DNA of 64,000 nucleotides from an uncultured bacterium (lineage in GTDB: Bacteria; Babelota; Babeliae; Babelales; Babelaceae), in contig OY970209.1 in assembly GCA_963713855.1 (NCBI GenBank), positions 256,001 to 320,000 on the forward strand. Direction: 5' to 3'. Position 1 is the first letter of the stretch. Each line of letters starts with the position of its first letter. The notes below the pieces were generated by a model that was not told the origin of the DNA, searched no databases, and saw only the letters and a program-made list of their open reading frames with translations. This document shows positions 18,317 through 28,244 of the stretch, piece by piece. A program made the translations under genes and the position numbers.

Positions 18317-19114
18317 ATGAAAAAATATATGTTATTTACTTTATTGTTATCGGGTTTTGCTGTACAGCAGACAATGCCACAAACCAAAAACCCTTTGAGT
18401 ACTGAGTATTCGGGATTTGAAACATTAGTTCAAACGCTGCCTATAAATGACGCAATGAGGGTTACGTTGGCTGTTTTCTGGGACCAGCTTCCTGATGTCA
18501 CACAAGCGCAACAAGACCGTAAAGCACAGCTAGCAAAGGTGTATAAAGCACGGTTTGGTGACTTAGACCTTGCAGACTTCAAGCTCATTACCCCGTATAA
18601 AGAGTATTTTGACAAAACAGAGGCAATGAAAGTTCGTTATAGAGCTGATGCAATGCGTCTTAATCAAACGCTTAAAACACTGCAAACTTCACTTAAAGAA
18701 CTGCAAGCGAGTGAAGCAGATACGTCTGGAAAATTGCAAGGTCTTCAAAATGCAATCGGCGTTCTCTCATCAACATTGAATAATCTCGGTACATTACTGA
18801 GCGAGAGAGATACCTACTTGACATCAGGTGAAAGCATTTCAAGCGAAGATGTAGTCGATGTAACCAAAAAAATAGCTGATGCTCAGAGAAAATATAAAGA
18901 AGCATTAAATGAGTTACGAAAACAAGGTAATAAGTTAAATCTTTCTATCAAGTTAGACAACAGCTACCTCAATATCGTAACCAAGGCTGCTCTTGCTGAG
19001 TCTGGCGTTGAAGAACAACAAGTTAAAGCATTTGAAGAAGAAGAGCAGGGCATCAACGTTCCTGAAGAGGAAACCGAAGAAACGGGACCATCCGCAGGCG
19101 AGATGAACCCTTAA
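18317..19114 (+). CDS. Exported coiled-coil protein with acidic tail
   Basis: AAAGGAG RBS, signal peptide, heptad-rich middle, Glu-rich C-terminus. Confidence 0.75.
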   Translation: MKKYMLFTLLLSGFAVQQTMPQTKNPLSTEYSGFETLVQTLPINDAMRVTLAVFWDQLPDVTQAQQDRKAQLAKVYKARFGDLDLADFKLITPYKEYFDKTEAMKVRYRADAMRLNQTLKTLQTSLKELQASEADTSGKLQGLQNAIGVLSSTLNNLGTLLSERDTYLTSGESISSEDVVDVTKKIADAQRKYKEALNELRKQGNKLNLSIKLDNSYLNIVTKAALAESGVEEQQVKAFEEEEQGINVPEEETEETGPSAGEMNP

Positions 19115-19125
19115 AGTAATTAACA

Positions 19126-19156
19126 GCCAGGAAAGAAGATAAACTTCTTTCCTGGT
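19126..19156 (+). terminator. Terminator-like hairpin
   Basis: GCCAGGAAAGAAG-ATAAA-CTTCTTTCCTGGT right after the 18317-19114 stop. Confidence 0.65.
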
Positions 19157-19207
19157 TACACAAATTGCACTCGACCTAATTGAGTAAGAACTAAATAAAA
19201 GGAAACC

Positions 19208-19564
19208 ATGCTATTAATGCATAAAATATTCGTAGCATTTGCAGTATTGTTATCATCCGTCTTTCAAGGCTTGCTCGCACAGCCGCCTGCTGAGCAGATG
19301 GCAGCCATGAAAGAGCTTGGGGCAGGTACGGTTAAGCTCTGCGACTCTATAATCGAATGGCAACTAAGCAACAAAGCTAACACGAAAACCGATGAAAACC
19401 TTTCACAGAAGATCAAAGAGGCATTTAATAACTACGATGCAGCTTTAAAGAAAGCAAATTCCGCGGGTATGAGAGTTCCTCCAAATCGCTGCTTAGAAGA
19501 GCTTGCAAGAAACATAGAGGGCACAATCCCGACATCAACCGGACAAACGGTTATAGTGCAGTAG
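19208..19564 (+). CDS. Exported hypothetical helical protein
   Basis: Signal peptide ending LLA|Q; AAAGGA RBS; two Cys. Confidence 0.7.
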   Translation: MLLMHKIFVAFAVLLSSVFQGLLAQPPAEQMAAMKELGAGTVKLCDSIIEWQLSNKANTKTDENLSQKIKEAFNNYDAALKKANSAGMRVPPNRCLEELARNIEGTIPTSTGQTVIVQ

Positions 19565-19573
19565 GAGTTTTAG

Positions 19574-20476
19574 ATGAAAAAGGAGAAAACCATGCTTACA
19601 CGTTTTAACGCCTGGTTACTCCTAGCATGCATAAGTGTACTAGGGATAACAGATGCAAGAACTACAAAAGTGCATGTCCCTATACGCGTTGACGTTGTTG
19701 TAAGCGCAGGAAAACCCCGCACCATAAGGGGAAGAACTACAGCCAGAAGATCACCCAAAAGATCCTCAAGGGCTAAAGCGCCGTCAAAGCCAAAAGCTAG
19801 ACCATCAAAGCCTTCTAAGCCTTCAAAAAAACCGGCAGAGACTAAAAAACCTAAGGCACCAACAAAGCTAACGCCGAATGAAGAAGCCGGTTTAAGAATT
19901 CAATTAGCGGCTGTGACACAGCAACTTAACAACTTGACCGTCCAGTATCGACTTATTTCGACTAAGGCAAACGAAGCTGAAAAACTGAGCGCCGAACTTC
20001 TTGCAACAAAACGTTTGCTTGACGCAGCAAATCTTGCACTTATGCAGCACAAGCCAGCCGGAACTGTTTTAGAATCGATTAAAAATCTCAATAAAGAAAT
20101 TGATATTCTTACTTTCCAGCTCGCAGAACAGCGCAAGGAAACTGAACATCATAAAAGTAAATCCAAATCGCAAGAGCACGATATTGAGCTTTATAAAACA
20201 GCAATGGCAAAACATATCAGCAGTGATGAAAAATTCCTCGAAGCTTACGAAGCTTATCAAAACTTATTTTCAGGAATACTTGAACATACTCCCCGAGCAG
20301 TTCGAGAAGCTCGGCAAAATCTTTTTGATAGCTGGAAAGTGTATGTCGATGCCATAGAAAGACTCAATCGCATATTAACACAAGTAGGTATGCTTGTGCG
20401 TCCAGTAAAAGTTAACCCTCTCTATCAAAACCTTTTTGAAGGCGCACTTAAAGAAAGTGAAGTTAGCTCCAGCTAG
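19574..20476 (+). CDS. Exported protein with a Lys/Pro/Ser/Arg-rich basic segment and a coiled coil
   Basis: Signal peptide; RTTARRSPKRSSRAKAPSKPKARPSKPSKPSKKP; heptad repeats. Confidence 0.75.
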   Translation: MKKEKTMLTRFNAWLLLACISVLGITDARTTKVHVPIRVDVVVSAGKPRTIRGRTTARRSPKRSSRAKAPSKPKARPSKPSKPSKKPAETKKPKAPTKLTPNEEAGLRIQLAAVTQQLNNLTVQYRLISTKANEAEKLSAELLATKRLLDAANLALMQHKPAGTVLESIKNLNKEIDILTFQLAEQRKETEHHKSKSKSQEHDIELYKTAMAKHISSDEKFLEAYEAYQNLFSGILEHTPRAVREARQNLFDSWKVYVDAIERLNRILTQVGMLVRPVKVNPLYQNLFEGALKESEVSSS

Positions 20477-23400
20477 CACCTGATTCCGCCGCTTCAGATT
20501 GCTGCGATGAAAGACTTGCTGTAGTGCCTCCAGAAAGATTAGGTACCGACACTCCTTGTTGTGCCTGACCACCAGTAGTTGAGATTGATGATCCTGAAGC
20601 AGTTTGACTGCTTGAACTAGCACTTTCTGAGGTTTGGGTAGGTGATGTTGCTTGTCCAAGTTTTGCAAAAAGCTTTTGCGAGGCTTTAATTTTAGTGAGC
20701 AACGCTGCTGGCAGTGTTCCTGTGGCCGACTGGTAAAGGCTCAAGATGCGCGGATCAAGTGTTTGAAGAACCTGGCCACTTTGCCCATACACGTTAAAGC
20801 TTACAAGGCTTATAAGAGCATCAGGTTGAGATCCCGAAAACGGCATGCCATAATTAAGCACCGAGCCATCAGTCTTTACGGTTGCTACAATAACATAATC
20901 TGTATAGCCTTTCTGGGAAAGCGTATATATAAAGTGCCCAGCTAAGATATCGTCAATACTTGTAGCTGAAAGTTTAAACGGACCGAATGTGTACGCTGCC
21001 ATACTTTCTTTAGCATATGAAGTTCTTGCCGCAGCAATAGCATCAGAAACGGCGGTGTTTATATAACTATTAAGCGCAGCATTTTGTGCAACATACGTTG
21101 GCCAAACATTTGCTTGGTACGCTACAGGTGCACCATTTGCATTATAAACCGTACCGCTTACAAGACTTACAAGAAGGGACGGAGCTACTGTACTTGTAGG
21201 GCTTATGCCCATGCTTATTTGAAATGGTGGCACATTAGACATGCTATTGGCTAACACAACCCAATCCTTCTTGCCCGTTTTAGATGTTGTATATATGTAA
21301 TGCCCTTTAAGAATTTCGAATGCGTCAGCAGCCTCTAAATCTTTATAAGCACCAAGCGTCGGCCTTAAAAGCTTCTCATAAAGTGCTTGGTAACTAGCCG
21401 AGCGCTGGATTTCGGTAGTTGTAGGCCCAGAAATTGAAGTACTTGCTGATGTCGGTTCGATTGCAACGGCTGGAGTTACCATAGTAAATTCGATAGATGC
21501 TCCAGAATAAATGATACTCAAAGGAACCTTCGTAATCGCTTTTCCGTCAGCATCTGTCGCAGGAATTGGCACAACGGTGACAGCTGTAGCGGAAGGTGGT
21601 GTCTGGCCTTCTTGCCATACTTGAACAGAAAGTGAGCTACCAGAAAGCGTACCACGCATTCTATAAAAGACACCTTCGATAAAGTCGGGAGCTTTTATAG
21701 TTTGAGCAGCCCAACCTTCAGATTGTGCGCCCGTACTTACTTCGTGCTGGTAGACACCAAGGCCACTTTGCCCAGGCGCATTTTTAAATACGATCATTTT
21801 AGCATGGTTATAACGATCAAGCGTTGACCGGTGATCTTTAAGAATGCTTGCGGCATCCAAAGGCAATCCTCCCAATCCAATACCCACGTAATAGGATCCA
21901 AGAAGATATATAGGTCTTATACGCGCTTCAAATACTAGCGGCTGATTTGGAAAATAGGGCACGTCCTTACTAATGCTTTGCAAGAACCAAAAACGCTCTA
22001 CGGCATTTCCTTGAGAGTCTTTGAACGTTGCAGGAAGCTGGGCTACTTCTTGAGCAAAAATGCCACGAGCAGGCTCATAAAGTACCATACCCTGTGACGG
22101 GTTCAAATTCACAAGTCCCGTTTTATAACCATACAAGTCTCCAACATCACCCACTTGAACACCCTGAGCATTCGTCTGTAACAATTGGCCCTGATATCCA
22201 CCTAAAGCGTACTCCTGCTGAGTCACAAAAAGCTGTAAGAGTTGGTTATAAAAGTTTTGATAAAATCCTAAACCTATTTTTCTATTGCCTATTTCTGAAC
22301 TTAATTCCTCTTTGACTTCTTTTATAAGCGCATTCTGCATGCCCTGGCCCACGACTTCTTGGTTTTGTGTCCAGATGGTAAAGTTTTCAAGGTAGTCATT
22401 GATTTCTTTATCGACTGCTGCTACCTCCTCATCTTGTTGCTCACCGCTCATAATCATAAAAGCTCCGAAAGCAAGCGTTGCTCCTAGGCCAACTGCAAGC
22501 CAAATACCGCTGCCGCCAGTTACTATAGCAACACCAAGCAAAAGTCCAACAGTAACTACTTCTGATATAAGGCGCCTATGGGATTCAAGCTCGCTATGCA
22601 CCTCATTATAGAAGTTACTAATACCTCCCGCATTAATCCAGTCCTCAGGGTTAAGAACAGCAGCAAGAGCGGAGCCTACATCTATAACGACATCGGTTAT
22701 AAACTTAATAAGATAACCAACGGCCTGGATGAGACCTTTAATAACGTCTTTAATGATACCTATACCAACAACGATAGTCTCTAGAATGGAAGCTACGATA
22801 TCACGACCTAGAATTTTCCAATTATTTAAGAAAGCAGCTCCCTCTCCCCCACCGGTAGCAACAGCTATGATTGCACTTGTCAATATGGAGACAGCATCTC
22901 CAGTAAGTTTTGTCGCTACATCACCGATAAGCCCAGCAGCTGAACCTATAACCGTTCCGAGAGAATCTGCGACCGTATCGAGCATACCTTCGTAGTCTGA
23001 TGCAAGATTCGGGTCATTCATAATCTCACCGACGCCTTCCAATACAAGGTCAAGCGGTGCGCTACTAATCGATTGGCCAGCTTTTATTACGTTGCTAACT
23101 ACGTCTTTTACGTCACTGCCGAAATTCTTAATGTCTCCATCGACTGCATCTCTATAAGCTTCAGCCATATGTAAAGCCTGCGAAGGTGGAATATGCTGAA
23201 TGAGGGTTGCAAGCCCTGATTGATAGTAAATCACAGCTCCTTCGTCTTTTATAACATCGATGACATCCTTGGCAGTCGCAAATATGGCCTCTCCCACATT
23301 TTCGAATGCATTGGCAATGCGTTCTCCTACGTGCTCAATCCAATCTACAAAGCCCTGCTGAGTTATACGTTCGTTGTCATAAGCACCGGCTGACGGAGGT

Positions 23401-24782
23401 ACAGTTAGATTATTAGCTTGCTGGGCAGCGACGTTTTGACGAGCGGCTTTTGGCAACTCTTGCCCTAAAGCCACCCAATCATCAAGGTAGATAGCATCAG
23501 CAGCAGTATAAGGCAGTAAAGATGGCATTGGAGAGCGATGTGCCTGGAGTAATACCTGTATACTCTTTTCTAAATGTGTTTGGTCAAATAGGTAATAGGT
23601 CAAAGTTTGAAGCGTGATAGCCATACTTAAAAAAAGCATCTCATGTTTATATGGTGCCGGTAACGTGATGTGCTGAAAACTTATCTTTCCGTCTTTTTTA
23701 ACAAATGGGCTATCAGTACAGCCAATCTTGGCTTTCGGATCTTTACACAATGGATCACATGATGGGTCACAAGGCTTAAACATGGTTGGATCACATGCGG
23801 GATGGCTCAATGTTTGAAGTACTTGGTAAAAAGTTGATTGCTCAAAGCATTCTGCCCCTTTTAGAATCGAAGCAAAATCAAATTCAGTGCTTCCTGTTTT
23901 ATGCATACTTCCCCATTCGATAGACTGATCAAGTAAACCGCGGCGCGTACGCTCGTTAAGAAGTAGTGCTAATTCGCTTAATTCAGCCGTGTAGCGTTGT
24001 TGAGTAAAATTGGGAAGGTAATAAGCCGTTTCAAGGTATGGTATATACCTAAAAAGTTGTTGCTCATTTTGATGGCGCGTTGAAAGCAATTCATTATCCA
24101 AAATAAAGCTCTTAGTGATCATAACTTTAAGGTAGTCTTGCCAAAAGAGTGAGGTTTGCAAATCTTGCTGTGTTAAAGGCAAAGAAGACCAGAATGATGT
24201 CCCTGAAATAAGAGACCAAAATTGAGTAAGATTTTTACGCTCGCTTGTAAACGTTGCTTGAAGCGCGCTATTCACGCCATCCCAGCCATCTTGTGTGTGT
24301 TCAAGCTTTGTGAATTCGATAGGCCCACCGTGCTTTTTTGAAAGCGTTCTTATAAGATCAAACCATGTACCTTTTTGCAAAATCGATTCATAGTCAATGC
24401 CGTATTTTTTAGAAAGTGTTAAGAGTTTTGCAGCGCGTTCACGCTTTACGCAGTACTCAAAATAAAAGTAAAAAATCTTTATATACGTTAGTAATTGTGC
24501 ATCAACGTCGAAGCCTGACGGACCAAAAAAAGCATCCACCGCGGACTCGTTGATAGAGGATGTAGGATATAGAGGCACTTTTGAAAGAGATGTATCCTGC
24601 GGAAACTCTGGCCAGGCTACAAAAATAAACCTTTGAGCAATTTCGTTTAGCGAGCTTTGCTGACTCGCTACGTTTTGTTTGGTCTCTTTTATCTTCTCTG
24701 CTAAACTAGTCGCTTTTTCTGCCGCGTACATTGTTACCGAGGAAAAAAGAAGGAGTAAAAAGTGTGCTATAAAGAACTTCAT
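20463..24782 (-). CDS. Large exported protein (1439 aa) with a long amphipathic/hydrophobic helical core and a beta-rich C-terminal region
   Basis: Long uninterrupted ORF; signal peptide; Gly/Ala/Val/Ile-rich region of about 300 aa ending in a TM hairpin; two C-terminal repeats; Ser-rich tail. Confidence 0.85.
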   Translation of the reverse strand: MKFFIAHFLLLLFSSVTMYAAEKATSLAEKIKETKQNVASQQSSLNEIAQRFIFVAWPEFPQDTSLSKVPLYPTSSINESAVDAFFGPSGFDVDAQLLTYIKIFYFYFEYCVKRERAAKLLTLSKKYGIDYESILQKGTWFDLIRTLSKKHGGPIEFTKLEHTQDGWDGVNSALQATFTSERKNLTQFWSLISGTSFWSSLPLTQQDLQTSLFWQDYLKVMITKSFILDNELLSTRHQNEQQLFRYIPYLETAYYLPNFTQQRYTAELSELALLLNERTRRGLLDQSIEWGSMHKTGSTEFDFASILKGAECFEQSTFYQVLQTLSHPACDPTMFKPCDPSCDPLCKDPKAKIGCTDSPFVKKDGKISFQHITLPAPYKHEMLFLSMAITLQTLTYYLFDQTHLEKSIQVLLQAHRSPMPSLLPYTAADAIYLDDWVALGQELPKAARQNVAAQQANNLTVPPSAGAYDNERITQQGFVDWIEHVGERIANAFENVGEAIFATAKDVIDVIKDEGAVIYYQSGLATLIQHIPPSQALHMAEAYRDAVDGDIKNFGSDVKDVVSNVIKAGQSISSAPLDLVLEGVGEIMNDPNLASDYEGMLDTVADSLGTVIGSAAGLIGDVATKLTGDAVSILTSAIIAVATGGGEGAAFLNNWKILGRDIVASILETIVVGIGIIKDVIKGLIQAVGYLIKFITDVVIDVGSALAAVLNPEDWINAGGISNFYNEVHSELESHRRLISEVVTVGLLLGVAIVTGGSGIWLAVGLGATLAFGAFMIMSGEQQDEEVAAVDKEINDYLENFTIWTQNQEVVGQGMQNALIKEVKEELSSEIGNRKIGLGFYQNFYNQLLQLFVTQQEYALGGYQGQLLQTNAQGVQVGDVGDLYGYKTGLVNLNPSQGMVLYEPARGIFAQEVAQLPATFKDSQGNAVERFWFLQSISKDVPYFPNQPLVFEARIRPIYLLGSYYVGIGLGGLPLDAASILKDHRSTLDRYNHAKMIVFKNAPGQSGLGVYQHEVSTGAQSEGWAAQTIKAPDFIEGVFYRMRGTLSGSSLSVQVWQEGQTPPSATAVTVVPIPATDADGKAITKVPLSIIYSGASIEFTMVTPAVAIEPTSASTSISGPTTTEIQRSASYQALYEKLLRPTLGAYKDLEAADAFEILKGHYIYTTSKTGKKDWVVLANSMSNVPPFQISMGISPTSTVAPSLLVSLVSGTVYNANGAPVAYQANVWPTYVAQNAALNSYINTAVSDAIAAARTSYAKESMAAYTFGPFKLSATSIDDILAGHFIYTLSQKGYTDYVIVATVKTDGSVLNYGMPFSGSQPDALISLVSFNVYGQSGQVLQTLDPRILSLYQSATGTLPAALLTKIKASQKLFAKLGQATSPTQTSESASSSSQTASGSSISTTGGQAQQGVSVPNLSGGTTASLSSQQSEAAESGASWS

Positions 24783-26317
24783 GCCTTCCCCCCTCTACCT
24801 GATGCAAGATCTTTAGGCTGCAGAATCTTGAACGCTGCCTGACAGCCCGGGGACATGAATCCGACACCGTGATACCAAAAAAGAAAGGTGCTCTCAGCAG
24901 GATCCAATGTACTGACCGAACCGGCGTAGAGCTCTTTAAAACTCGAGCCTTCTTTCTTTTCAAGCGTAACCGATACTGACGACTCTTGGGTAAGAACTGT
25001 TAATCTAAATGTACTAGGATCTTTACCCAAAGCCCGCACATCAGCATCCTCTAACGTATAAAGTACCGGCAACTTGCCCGAAGCTATTTGCTGCAAAGGT
25101 GTTGTAGTTGTATATAATCCGCCCAATGATGTCATCTGTGTTTGCCCAAGGTAGAGGCCAATGGTAGGCTTTCCATTGCTCATAGACCCGTAAAGTCCCA
25201 CTAAGCGATACCCAAACATGCGGTCGGGACTACCTGAGAGCCAACGCGCTCTATTAAAGAGCATCCCAGCAAAAAAGGGATAGACGTTTTGGATGAGCGT
25301 TATTTCGGTCTGTACCTGATAAGCACTCTGACTCGTAAAATAGTCAGTAAAAATCTGGTTTTGATCCGCAAGATCCGTATCAGCGCCGGGACTTGAAGAC
25401 CATGGTTTTTGAAGACCTTTTTTTACTAAATCTGGCTGGGCACCTATATTTAAGCCACGTTGGACAAAAAAGCCGCCCATATCGTCAAACTGCCAGTCTC
25501 CAACGGGAAAAATGTTATACCAATTACTTGTACTGTTAGGCACCGGCATTGAAGATGCTTTAAACCAGTGTTCAGTTTCGACGGGCAAAATAACAAATAG
25601 TTGGGGAGGTATGCTCAGGTTTATAAGCCTTTGAATGTAAGAGACCTCTTGCCCAAAAAGCGCTTGCGTATAAGAAAGGCTCTTTTGTATAGCACCAACA
25701 GCCTCAACAAAATTTTGATTGATACTTTTCAACGAAGAACCGGTCCTTAGTTGCATCTTTGTTTCAGTCGCTTTATAGGACTCTGCAATTTTTTTTACGC
25801 GATCCATGAGCTTTTGTTGCTCTACTTTATCATCTGCGGAAAAAAGCTCTTGAGCGAACTGTTCACCTGAGACGATGACGACGTTTAAAAGAAGATCAAA
25901 TAAAATATTTTGTGGCTGAACCTTTTGTGCGGATTCCTCAACGATCAGTTCAAATGATGTCCAAAAAGCTATACCTTCTCCCGTTTGAGCTCCCTCAGAA
26001 AGTAATGCACTCTCAAGCAACTGCTTTAGCATGCGTCCCTCTTTACAGATAATCTTAGGTTCTTGCTCTTTAAGCTCAGGATGTTGAAATTCATAAAGAC
26101 GCATCAATTTTTCTAAACCTTTTTTGTGCGCATGCATTGCATCTTGGGACGGTATCAAGTTTTGATGCACCTCTTTAAGGGCAGCATATTGATCATTAAT
26201 CGGAATGGCAACAACAAGAGAAGTTAAGCGATGCTCCATTGCAGGGCTTAAAGCCGCGACTACACCGTAAGCCATACTGCACGCGAGAGCTATGAGTATT
26301 TGCAATAGGAAGACCAT
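24779..26317 (-). CDS. Exported protein (512 aa) with a coiled coil and a beta-domain paralogous to the 1439-aa protein
   Basis: Signal peptide; 4-bp overlap with the downstream gene; colinear motif similarity (see findings). Confidence 0.8.
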   Translation of the reverse strand: MVFLLQILIALACSMAYGVVAALSPAMEHRLTSLVVAIPINDQYAALKEVHQNLIPSQDAMHAHKKGLEKLMRLYEFQHPELKEQEPKIICKEGRMLKQLLESALLSEGAQTGEGIAFWTSFELIVEESAQKVQPQNILFDLLLNVVIVSGEQFAQELFSADDKVEQQKLMDRVKKIAESYKATETKMQLRTGSSLKSINQNFVEAVGAIQKSLSYTQALFGQEVSYIQRLINLSIPPQLFVILPVETEHWFKASSMPVPNSTSNWYNIFPVGDWQFDDMGGFFVQRGLNIGAQPDLVKKGLQKPWSSSPGADTDLADQNQIFTDYFTSQSAYQVQTEITLIQNVYPFFAGMLFNRARWLSGSPDRMFGYRLVGLYGSMSNGKPTIGLYLGQTQMTSLGGLYTTTTPLQQIASGKLPVLYTLEDADVRALGKDPSTFRLTVLTQESSVSVTLEKKEGSSFKELYAGSVSTLDPAESTFLFWYHGVGFMSPGCQAAFKILQPKDLASGRGGKA

Positions 26318-28076
26318 TTATGAGCCTCCTTGTTGAGCGTTATCAGATGCATATTGACCAATTCCTGCATATCCTCCTTCTGGAGACTCAGGAGGACTTA
26401 CTGGGGGAGGTTGTTCCTTCTTTGTACTTCCGCTAGGCTTTGTAACTGCTTTCATGTATTCGTTATGCGTTGATTGCATCAAATCTAGCTCTTCCTGACA
26501 TGCCGAAAGAACGCTTCCGGTGCACGATACATTTTGCGATGCGCAGATGATGCGTTCGACACAGGGGCTTAAGATATTCATGCCAACAAGTCGTGTATAA
26601 TCGCCCAAGGCTGCACCAAGCATATTTATAATACCGCCAACCGAGTTAAGCCAAGCTGGCTGCTTTTAAAATTTCCTGAGCGTATGGCCCGTTAACGGTA
26701 GGTAAATTAATAAAGAGCTTAACAGCGCTTTCTAGATTTCTTGTAACTTGTCGTTGAGCATCTTCAAAGTAAGCTACAACGTACCCTAATGGAACACCTG
26801 GAAGGTAGGCACCTTTTTTATCGGGATTGGGTTGTCCACGACTTGTCGCTTGAGTACCTGCTTGTGCACTTTTTACAAGCTGCGCTGGCCAGCCGAGAAG
26901 CAGAGTATCTTTTGGTAAATCTAAAGCCAGGCGTGGGATTATACGCAGAGCTCGCAAAACGGTTGGGTCATAATGAAAAAGAGGTGGATTAATAGGTTTA
27001 GCTTTAGCTCTCAGTTGGCGCAAAGCATTTACCTTGGCCTTCGTTTCATCATTATTGGTATTAGGCATAGCAGCAATGGCACTTGCTTGACGCTTAAACG
27101 GATTTTGCTCCATAACAGATGCTATGTGCGTAGCATAACGAACAAAGAGCGAAGAGCCAGGAATAGGGCTTTTAGTATCTGGTTGATTTAAAGAAGAGGT
27201 GTACTGCTTAAAAAAGTTTAGCACTGTACTCAGGGCATCCAGGTATGTTTTTTGTATTTCTTGCAGACTTTTGTGAGCAATTTTTTGTGCTGGCAATTCT
27301 AAATCACCCTGAAAAAAAGGTTTTGAAAAATCTCTTACCAAAAAGAGCGGATCTGCCGTCAAATCATGTTGTAACATGAGGGCGCCCACCTTAAGCCCAA
27401 AATGTTGGGGTATTAAGGGCTGATGGTGTGAGCACACAAAAAAGAGCTGCGCTTGAATGACGTTAAGTAAATGAGCAACAATGAGTGATTTTTTATTAAA
27501 AGCTTCAATAGGCTCATCAACCAAGTAATCATAGACCGTATTTTTGTGCATGAGCGTAAAAGTACTGTATAAGCTCGTCAAATAGCGATAGATATCGCTT
27601 AAAGCCATAAACTGAAACTTGCGGAATATCGGTATAAAATAACTGAGGTCTATATCTTTTTTTGTAAATGCTCCAGCATTTTTTAGCGCTGCTAATACAG
27701 CATCAAAAGCGCTCGAAAGCCCGGAAGCATCTGGAAATAATGCGCTACCACCCGGATGATAGACTTGAGCATGTGCTCTAAGGGTCGTGCTAATTTGACC
27801 CCGTTGAGCAGCTAAAACTGGTGCAAAAGCAATGTTGTTTTTCGTCGTGGCGGAATCTTTAATAATCAAATTTCCCGCGGGAGTCAGCCGAGCTGTAGCA
27901 TATTGCGTACAGGTTAAATCGCCTACTCGGCTTTGCGGATTTGAGACAGGTATCCGGCACACCTCGCCTGTATCTACAGATGATGGAACTTTTTGAGCAA
28001 CTGCTTTAGAAAAAAAGACGGTAATTAAGAGAATAATTTTTAAAAAAGGAGACTTTGCAAATAGCATGCCATGCAA
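26318..28076 (-). pseudogene. Exported hypothetical protein (about 585 aa) split by a 1-nt frameshift (track ORFs 26646-28076 and 26318-26623)
   Basis: Removing one base from minus-strand ATTTTAAAAG (plus 26663-26672) joins ...AQEILK to QPAWLNSVGGIINMLGAALGDY... with no stop; no RBS before ATG 26623. Confidence 0.65.
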
Positions 28077-28244
28077 CCCTTGTATACTTCATCAACGTGT
28101 TCGCGGTTTTATACTAAACCAGGGATAGCTTATGGCTGGCAAACAAGCTTTGTCAATGAATGGCAAAAAAAGGAAGATTGTGCAAAGAAATTGTCGCCTA
28201 AGTTTCTCGTATCACGTAACCCAACTATCTTTGGTATTTGAGAT

